Shown: positions 57,355 through 64,000 of the stretch, one piece after another | Position numbering within the stretch: position 1 is the stretch's first letter | Layout: each line of letters begins with the position of its first letter | Source of the DNA: Thermoanaerobaculia bacterium | GTDB lineage: Bacteria; Acidobacteriota; Thermoanaerobaculia; Multivoradales; UBA5704 | Direction of reading: 5' to 3' | Assembly: GCA_044226625.1 (NCBI GenBank) | Contig: JBGAGQ010000033.1 | Location: 1-64,000 of the forward strand | Length of the DNA: 64,000 bases | The notes under the pieces: model-generated | Told to the model about the DNA's origin: nothing | The model's input: the letters and a program-made list of their open reading frames with translations, nothing else | Databases searched by the model: none | Made by a program: the position numbers and the translations under genes

Positions 57355-58119
57355 TCAGTGGTCCAGGTCGAGCTGCCCTCCGTTGCGGACGTTCTCGGTG
57401 ACGAGCACGCCGTCCTCGAAGCGGAGCTTCTGGGCGGGAGAGGAAGGATCGCCCATGTTGGTCGAGAAGAAGCCGATCTCGAGTCCCTGTTTGCGCAAGG
57501 TCCAGGTCTCGATCGTCTTGTCCCCTTCGGTCGTCTTGTCGACCTGCTCCGGGGTACCGACGACGTAGAACGCCTGACGCTTGGTCATGCCGGGAAGGAG
57601 CTTTCGGTCGGCGATCGCCTGGCGGACGTTCTCCGGCCAATCGGGATGCTCGTTCTGGAGCGGCTGGGTCGAGAACGTCAACTTGAAGGCCGCCTCGAAA
57701 TCGGCGACGGACCGGATCTCGACGAACTTGACCACCGTGTCGTGTCCGTCGGTCCGCCCGACGCCGGTGAGCTCGATCTCGACCGTATCCTCGTCCCAAT
57801 CCGTCTCGTCGAGCTCGACGGTGTCGTTCACGTGGACGCCCCAGACCGTGCTGCTCGCGTGATACCACCCGAACGAGGCGCCCTGGTCGGCATCGGTGTT
57901 CACCCCCTTGGGAGAGACCTCGACGAGCGGGGAGAGGTAGATCCCGAACGGCTGCCGCCCCTGCGTGCAGGGGGCGTCGATCCGCAGGTAGAGGGTCCCC
58001 TTGAGCAGCTTTTCCGCCTGCTTCTGCTCCGCGCGCGAGAGGGCGTGAGCGGTGGGGGCGAGAAGCGCGGCGGCGAGGATCGCCGTGGCGACGGGCACGG
58101 GGCAGCGCGATTTGAACAT
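57355..58119 (-). CDS. Secreted protein with a C-terminal SmpA/BamE-like domain
   Basis: Signal peptide; GMTKRQAFYVVGTP...ETWTL...LRFEDGVL. Confidence 0.6.
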   Translation of the reverse strand: MFKSRCPVPVATAILAAALLAPTAHALSRAEQKQAEKLLKGTLYLRIDAPCTQGRQPFGIYLSPLVEVSPKGVNTDADQGASFGWYHASSTVWGVHVNDTVELDETDWDEDTVEIELTGVGRTDGHDTVVKFVEIRSVADFEAAFKLTFSTQPLQNEHPDWPENVRQAIADRKLLPGMTKRQAFYVVGTPEQVDKTTEGDKTIETWTLRKQGLEIGFFSTNMGDPSSPAQKLRFEDGVLVTENVRNGGQLDLDH

Positions 58120-58288
58120 GGGCTCACTCTCCAGGTCTGTCGAAGAAGGTCGATCCGCGGGCCGGCGGGCGGCCGAGCCGGTACGGCGTGAGACTCCTAT
58201 CGACAGACGCGAGAGGAGGGCTCGATTCGGATCACCGGTACCGGAGAGCGAACGGTGGCGCTCCGGGTGCGTCGGGAGGTTGCCCTTT

Positions 58289-58597
58289 CTAGGACGCCAC
58301 CTTCAACAGCACCTCTGGATGGAGCTGCGCGACCTTGATCAAAGTCTTCGCTGCCCCGGAGGGTTCCCGGCGACCCTGTTCCCAGTCCTGAAGAGTACGG
58401 ACGGAAACCCCCAGAAGAGCGGCGAACGACGCCTGAGACAACCCGACGCTCTGGCGAGCTTCGACGATGCCCGGCGCCGACGGGACGTGCACTCGGCCCT
58501 TCATGCCCGCCTTCATTTCGCGGACCGAGGCCAACAGTTGTGCCCCGAGCTCCTCGCCGGACGTGGCGAGCCGAAGTTTTTCGGGGGGGTTAGCCAT
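58289..58597 (-). CDS. higA: HigA-like XRE HTH antitoxin
   Basis: EARQSVGLSQASFAALLGVSVRTLQDWEQGRREPSGAA; downstream of and overlapping higB. Confidence 0.85.
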   Translation of the reverse strand: MANPPEKLRLATSGEELGAQLLASVREMKAGMKGRVHVPSAPGIVEARQSVGLSQASFAALLGVSVRTLQDWEQGRREPSGAAKTLIKVAQLHPEVLLKVAS

Positions 58598-58904
58598 TTT
58601 CGATCTCCTCTCTGATCCGTCGCAGGAAGTGGGCCGGGATGTTCTCGGCCTCCGACTTTGCATAAAGGACCAGAAGCCAGATCTCTCCGAAAGAGAGTCG
58701 GTTGAAGTAGATGACCCGCACGCAGCCGCGTTTTCCTCGACCGGCTGCGCTCCAGCGCACCTTGCGGACCCCTCCGGCACGAGGAACCACGTCGCCCGCG
58801 TCCGGATTCGCGGCGATGAATGACACGAAGGCGCTACGTTCGTCCTCGGTCCAGTGCTCGTCCGCGAGTCGTTGAAAGAGGGGTGTCTCGACGACGGTAT
58901 ACAC
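58590..58904 (-). CDS. higB: HigB-2/RelE-family toxin
   Basis: VYTVVETPLF...ANPDAGDVVPRAGGVRKVRW...GKRGCVRVIYF...LLVLYAKS; GTG start 58904. Confidence 0.88.
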   Translation of the reverse strand: MYTVVETPLFQRLADEHWTEDERSAFVSFIAANPDAGDVVPRAGGVRKVRWSAAGRGKRGCVRVIYFNRLSFGEIWLLVLYAKSEAENIPAHFLRRIREEIENG

Positions 58905-58910
58905 ATCCCA

Positions 58911-58931
58911 AGTATACGGCAATGCCGCATA
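58911..58931 (-). promoter_or_regulatory. higBA -10 box and overlapping palindromic operator
   Basis: TATACT (minus strand, 58911-58916) 6 nt before GTG; TATACGGCA-A-TGCCGCATA inverted repeat with one mismatch. Confidence 0.6.
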
Positions 58932-59012
58932 GGAACCCACCGCTGAGGAAACAAGAACGAAGATGATCCCTCGTCGCCTGGTAGAATCCGCGCATCTCTT
59001 TAGGAGGTTGAG

Positions 59013-62000
59013 ATGGCGGGTGTTTCTTTTCGTTTGGTGGTCACCGCCGATTCGGAGCGCGGCATCGCGGAATTGAGCCTTCTCGACGGGACGGGCGTAC
59101 AGATCGCGTTCCGGGAGGTCGATTTCAATTCGCTCACTGTCTCGGAGCAGCGCGCCCTTTTCGACCTGCGGACGTACCTTCGACTCTACAAGCCGGGGCG
59201 CGAGGAGGAGAGCGTTGCCGAGACGGGCGTGCTGATCGCCGAGAATGTCTTGGGCGAAGAGATCTTCATGAAGCTTTGGGCGAGCGAGTCGCAGCGGACG
59301 CTCTGCATTCAGCTCCCTCGGGCGGGGGAAGAGGAGAACCCTCTCGCCGCGCAGCTCGCTCGGGTGCCTTGGGAGATCGCTCGGCCGACGGTCGAGGAGG
59401 GGACGCTCGCGGAGCGGAACGTCTTGGTCCGCGTCGTTCACGAGGGCGTGAAGCCGGACTCCCAACCGCTCGGCCCTTCGGAGGATGGCGTCCTGCGCGT
59501 TCTCTGCGTCTTCGCGGAGGCTCGTGGCTCGACGCCTCTTGCGGCGCGACGGGAACGGCGGGAGCTGGAGCGGTTGTTCGAGGCGGAGATCTACCCCAAG
59601 CGGAAGATCGAGGTCGATTTCCTCACCCATGGCGTGACGCGTGAGCGGTTGCACGAGCAGATCCAAGGGCGCGGCGGGTATCACGCGGTGCACTGGAGCG
59701 GCCACGGTCATTTGAACCTGCTGGAGGTGGCGAAGCCGGACGGCTCGCAGGATCTTTTGTCGGGGGAGGGGTTGCTCGATCTGTTCACGGACGCCGGGGG
59801 GTACATCCCGCGTTTTGTTTTCTTGAGCGCCTGCCACTCGGGCGACTTGCTCGCGGTTTCGGACTGGGATCAGTTCGTGGCCGCCGCTCGCGGCGAGGAG
59901 AGGGCGGTGGAGGCCGCGGCGCTCGAAGAAGCTCAGCGAGAGAAAAAGATCGACGTGCCGAGCCAGCCCGGCTATACCGGAACGGCGCACGCTCTGCTTC
60001 AAGGGGGTGTCCCTTCGGTCGTCGCGATGCGGTATGCGGTGGGGGACGACTATGCCCGCTCGCTCGCGATCGAGATGTACCGGGCGATGTTCGCTCACCA
60101 AAGGCCGAAGATGCTCGCCGAGGCTTTGACTCTGGCGCGGAACGAGGTTGTGCGAAACGCGGAAGCACCCTTCGCCGCGGCGGATCCGGCGACGCCGGTA
60201 CTTTACGGGGAGGAAGATCCGAGGCTGTCTTGGAAGGAAGGCCGAAGCTCGGCCCTCGACACGCGCGAGCGGCGGTTACATCAGATTGCGGAATTGACAG
60301 TCGCCGAGCACGCCGGCTTCGTAGGCCGGACGTGGGAGCTTGCGGGGCTCGGGGCTTCGTTCATCGGCTCGGCGGAGAGTTCGAACGTGAAGCCAGTTGC
60401 CCTTGTGACCGGCCTTGGCGGCATGGGAAAGACGGCGCTCGCGGCCGAGGCGATCGATCTTTGGGAGCAGCGCTTCGAGTGGGTGTTGCTCTATCAGGCG
60501 AAGCCGAACGCGTTGGGATTCGACACCACGCTGCGCGACATTCACCTGAAGCTGTACGCTGAGCAAGGCCGTTATCACGATCACGTTCAACAGCATCCCG
60601 CGGATGCGATCTACCGCGACGCCGACACGACGTTTACTGGCACCGAACGGCTGGAGCGAATGGCGAGAAACCTGCTGCGAGCGCTCAAAGACGAGCCGAT
60701 CTTGCTCGTCCTCGACAACTTCGAATCGAACCTAAAGCCCTCGCCGGAACCCGACTCTTCAGCCGAGCCAGTGTGGGCTTGCCAGGATCCTGCGTGGGAC
60801 CGTTGCCTCACGTCTCTCGCGACCGGTCTTGCCCGTCATTCCTCCCGCGTGCTCATCACCTGCCGCAAGCGGCTTTGGGCTCTCTCCGGAGAAGCCGCGT
60901 CGAAGTGCCATCACGTGCCACTCGGTCCGCTACCCTCGGGGGAGGCCAAGCTTTATCTGCGCGAGCACGAGGGATTGAAGCGGATGGTCTACAGCGAGGA
61001 CCCGAAGGAACGCCCTCTGGCTCGGCGGCTTTTCTATGCAAGCCGGTTCCATCCGCTCTTGATGGACCGCCTAGCCCGCTTGGCCGTAGGCGGCCCGGTG
61101 CTTCGGGAGCAGTTGCTCAAGGCGCTCGACGCGATCGAGAAGAATCACGACGCTTCGAGCCTTCCGGAGCTGTTTTCGGCGAAACCGGGCGACGCGAAGG
61201 AGTTGGCCTACCTCGAAGATGCGCTCGCCTCCTCGATCGACGAGCTGATCCGTGGCGCGGGGTCGGACGCTCGGCGGTTGTTGTGGATGATCGCTGTGGC
61301 GAATGAGCCGGTGGCGCTTGGGCTAGTCCGCTCAATATGGTCCGGCTCGGATCTCGAGCCATTTCTTGCCTACCTCGTCGCCGTCGGTCTCGTCACCGAG
61401 GAGCGCAGGACTGCGGACGACGAGAACCCCGACCTCACCTGTCACGAACTGGTCCGCGAGCGCATCCGCGGCTGGATGGCAAAGCCCGAGAACGAGGGGG
61501 ATCGGGCGGGGTTAGAGGAGGACGCGATTCGCGTCGCCTACGCGGAGCGCTTGGAGGCGGCGTTCAGGGCTCTCCAGCATCAAGACATGACGACCGCGCT
61601 CGAAGCCGGCCGCCGCGCGCTCGTCTACTGCGTTCAGGCTGGTGCCTGGGACCGGCTGGGGAGTTTCGCGAGCTGGGTCGTCACCGGCTCCAACGATCCC
61701 ATCCTCCTAGGAAGCTTGATCCCTCACCTCCAGGCCGCCGCGGAAGCGGCGCCTGAGGGCAAGCCCGGGTGGAGGTGTCTTCTCTTTCTCGCTGATGCTT
61801 TTCGGTTAGCCGGCCAGCCGGACGCCAGCCTGCCGTTCTACGAGCAGGCCGCGGCGCAAGCCCGTTCGGCGGCCGAGGCAGGAGGTGAGGGCGCGTTACA
61901 AGCTTGGGCGGATCTCGGGGCGATCTCAGGCAACTGGGCGGCGGCGCTCCTTCTTTCCGGTGACCTCGATGCCGCGCGGCGGCACCAGCAGGAAAGCGCC

Positions 62001-62975
62001 GAGGCGTATCGCGAAGCCGGTAACCCAGAGATCTCGATTCTGGGCCCCGAGCTCGAAGCTCTGCGAATCGACGTCATGCAAGGCCGCGCTGCCGAGGCCC
62101 TGCCCGAGATCGAGAGCCGGCTCGCCCGGGTGGAAGAGTGGTGGTGCCGACACCGCGCCGGGCAACCGACCCCGGAGGCGCCCGAGCCCGAATTTCTCGC
62201 CCGAGTGCTGGTTGGCTCGCTCGACATCGCCAGGGGAGCGCACTTCGCCCAGGAGGAGTGGGAGAAGGCACTATTCCGGATGAACGCCATTCTGGAGGTC
62301 GAGCGCACGCTGAAGCGTGCGGCGGAGGACATTGGGTCGACTCTAGTGAATCGCGCAATCGTGTTGGGCCGCCTGCGCCGCTTCGACGAAGCGAAAGCGG
62401 AGCTGGAAGCCTGCCTGAAAATCTTCCGGAACCACCCCGCCATGAGTTCCAGAGTGCTCGGCTCGCTCGCCGAATTGTTCGATGCGCAGGGGGATCTCCC
62501 GTTGGCGATCGAGACCCAGCGCCGCGCCCTGGCGCTTCGCGAGCAGTTCCCCGATCCCGCCGGCCGCGCGATTTCGCACAGCAACTTGGCGACCTATCTC
62601 GATCGAAGCGCTCAACCAGGCGACCGCGATGATGTGGCTCGCCACAGGCTCGCGGCGCTCATCTACTTCGTCGTTGCCGGAATCTGGCAGCACGTTCAGG
62701 CGATAATGCTGAACTACGCGAACGTTTTCCGCCGTGCCCAGGCAGAAGGAACCGACCCGGTCATCCCCAGAATCGCCGGGCTGCTGACCGATCCGGCGTT
62801 CCAGCCGTTGGAGGTCTGGCTGCGGAACCGGGACGTGGACCCGGAAGTGCTGCAAGGTTCGGTGGATCAGTTCCTGGCGCAGGTACGGCAGGCGGCCCTA
62901 GGTGGGGAGCAGGGGGAGGGGGATGCATCATCGGCCGAGGCCGACGGGCAGTCCGGGGCCTCGGCGAACGATTGA
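59013..62975 (+). CDS. CHAT (caspase-like) protease - STAND/NB-ARC NTPase - TPR protein (NLR-like)
   Basis: HWSGHG and FLSACHSG catalytic dyad; GLGGMGKT, LLVLDNFE, RVLITCR, LGPLPSGEA, FHPL, CHELVRE; C-terminal TPR helices; RBS AGGAGG. Confidence 0.88.
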   Translation: MAGVSFRLVVTADSERGIAELSLLDGTGVQIAFREVDFNSLTVSEQRALFDLRTYLRLYKPGREEESVAETGVLIAENVLGEEIFMKLWASESQRTLCIQLPRAGEEENPLAAQLARVPWEIARPTVEEGTLAERNVLVRVVHEGVKPDSQPLGPSEDGVLRVLCVFAEARGSTPLAARRERRELERLFEAEIYPKRKIEVDFLTHGVTRERLHEQIQGRGGYHAVHWSGHGHLNLLEVAKPDGSQDLLSGEGLLDLFTDAGGYIPRFVFLSACHSGDLLAVSDWDQFVAAARGEERAVEAAALEEAQREKKIDVPSQPGYTGTAHALLQGGVPSVVAMRYAVGDDYARSLAIEMYRAMFAHQRPKMLAEALTLARNEVVRNAEAPFAAADPATPVLYGEEDPRLSWKEGRSSALDTRERRLHQIAELTVAEHAGFVGRTWELAGLGASFIGSAESSNVKPVALVTGLGGMGKTALAAEAIDLWEQRFEWVLLYQAKPNALGFDTTLRDIHLKLYAEQGRYHDHVQQHPADAIYRDADTTFTGTERLERMARNLLRALKDEPILLVLDNFESNLKPSPEPDSSAEPVWACQDPAWDRCLTSLATGLARHSSRVLITCRKRLWALSGEAASKCHHVPLGPLPSGEAKLYLREHEGLKRMVYSEDPKERPLARRLFYASRFHPLLMDRLARLAVGGPVLREQLLKALDAIEKNHDASSLPELFSAKPGDAKELAYLEDALASSIDELIRGAGSDARRLLWMIAVANEPVALGLVRSIWSGSDLEPFLAYLVAVGLVTEERRTADDENPDLTCHELVRERIRGWMAKPENEGDRAGLEEDAIRVAYAERLEAAFRALQHQDMTTALEAGRRALVYCVQAGAWDRLGSFASWVVTGSNDPILLGSLIPHLQAAAEAAPEGKPGWRCLLFLADAFRLAGQPDASLPFYEQAAAQARSAAEAGGEGALQAWADLGAISGNWAAALLLSGDLDAARRHQQESAEAYREAGNPEISILGPELEALRIDVMQGRAAEALPEIESRLARVEEWWCRHRAGQPTPEAPEPEFLARVLVGSLDIARGAHFAQEEWEKALFRMNAILEVERTLKRAAEDIGSTLVNRAIVLGRLRRFDEAKAELEACLKIFRNHPAMSSRVLGSLAELFDAQGDLPLAIETQRRALALREQFPDPAGRAISHSNLATYLDRSAQPGDRDDVARHRLAALIYFVVAGIWQHVQAIMLNYANVFRRAQAEGTDPVIPRIAGLLTDPAFQPLEVWLRNRDVDPEVLQGSVDQFLAQVRQAALGGEQGEGDASSAEADGQSGASAND

Positions 62976-63068
62976 GCCGGCTCGCTCCGTCCTCCCGCTG
63001 CCGTTATATAGGCTCGGCCCTTCAAGCTGCCTTGGCAGTCTTCTATTGAGCCGGCCGCCGGAACCCCC

Positions 63069-63299
63069 GGTTCTTGTGTAAGAACCGCCGATTCTTGTGC
63101 GCCTCTCGTCGAAGACCCTGAGTCCATCGCCGTTAGGCTCGTACCCATCGCCGATTCTTCTGCGCCCGACGGAGATTCTCGTGCGCCGTTCCGCGAGAGG
63201 CTCGACCCCATCGCCGTCGGGCTCGACCCCGGCGGCGATTCTTGGGTAGCCGGCGGAGATTCTTGTAGGCCCGACGGAGATTCTCTCGGGAGAATCGTC
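63069..63299. repeat. 11 x 21 bp degenerate tandem array with two unit types (AABBAABBAAA)
   Basis: Units start every 21 bp from 63069; type A begins GATTCT, type B mostly contains GGCTCG and/or ends CCATCGCC; first and last units are hairpins. Confidence 0.85.
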
Positions 63300-63426
63300 G
63301 CCGGGCGGAGGGCGCCCGGGCCGGGGAGGGCGACCGTTCGTCCCTCCCCTCCGCCCCCCATCTGGTACCATTCGAGACGGCTCAGCCGTCGTCGTTTCGA
63401 ACCGCCCGGCACCGCTCCCGAGATCC

Positions 63427-64000
63427 ATGTCCGACTTCGTACACCTGCACCTCCATAGCCAGTTCAGCCTGCTCGACGGGGCGAACCGGATCGACGACGT
63501 GATGGCCGCCGCGGTCGCCGCGGGGCAGCCGGCCGTGGCGCTCACCGATCACGGCAACATGTTCGGGGCGATCGACTTCTACACCAAGGCGAAGAAGGCG
63601 GGGGTCAAGCCGATCGTCGGGATGGAGGCCTACGTCGCCCAGGGGGACCGGAAGGACCGGACGCCCGGGCGCGGCTCGTCGAATCACCTGGTTCTATTGG
63701 CGAAGAACGAGACCGGCTACAAGAACCTGATCAAGCTCACCTCGGCGTCGTTCCTCGAGGGCTTCTACTACAAGCCGCGGATCGACAAGGAGCTGCTCCG
63801 GAAGCACTCCGAGGGGCTGATCTGCCTCTCGGCGTGCCTCAAGGGCGAGGTGAACGAGAAGATCGTCGGCCGCCACGAGAAGGAGGCGGAGGCCGCCGTC
63901 AAGGAGCACCTCGAAATCTTCGGGGAGGGGAACTACTACCTGGAGATGCAGGACCACGGCATCGAGGAGCAGCGCCTCGCGGCCGACGCGGTGCGACGGA
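63427..64000 (+). CDS. dnaE: DNA polymerase III alpha subunit, N-terminal PHP domain (partial)
   Basis: MSDFVHLHLHSQFSLLDGA, ALTDHGNMFGA, KPIVGMEAY, HLVLLAKNETGYKNL, GFYYKPRID. Confidence 0.95.
   Translation, partial: MSDFVHLHLHSQFSLLDGANRIDDVMAAAVAAGQPAVALTDHGNMFGAIDFYTKAKKAGVKPIVGMEAYVAQGDRKDRTPGRGSSNHLVLLAKNETGYKNLIKLTSASFLEGFYYKPRIDKELLRKHSEGLICLSACLKGEVNEKIVGRHEKEAEAAVKEHLEIFGEGNYYLEMQDHGIEEQRLAADAVRR

Noticed and set aside
62867-63412. 181 aa minus-strand heptad-repeat ORF as a confident CDS
   Set aside because: It overlaps the CHAT gene end, has no known domain, and another frame is equally open because of the 21 bp period; kept only as a hypothesis in findings

Overview
GC-rich bacterial chromosomal segment, probably Acidobacteriota (Thermoanaerobaculia-like). 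This is inferred from the ADOP-type permease and the IPTL-CTERM and ELWxxDGT proteins. The housekeeping backbone comprises the rlmN 3' end, leuB/leuA-like pair, xerD, korAB, rnr, der, IHF-MerR-tRNA-Pro(GGG), comEC, fdhD and the dnaE 5' end. Accessory modules are interleaved: a sulfate ABC operon whose CysA is fused to two USP domains, with a porin and a two-component system; three type II toxin-antitoxin pairs plus a duplicated solo antitoxin; a trehalose otsB-GH15-otsA cluster; several secreted or surface proteins; and a CHAT(caspase)-STAND-TPR NLR-like protein. Most notable: (1) two orphan RiPP precursor genes about 40 kb apart, one missing from the ORF track, both with the LxLxKx5L class I lanthipeptide leader and no modification enzymes in the window; (2) the NLR-like caspase divergent from higBA; (3) two ~20-21 bp higher-order tandem arrays beside accessory insertions; (4) REP-like element pairs enclosing local duplications; (5) many apparently leaderless promoters; (6) a probable CTG start in otsA; (7) loss of the HHGS motif from ComEC. 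All calls come from reading motifs by eye; no database searches were run.
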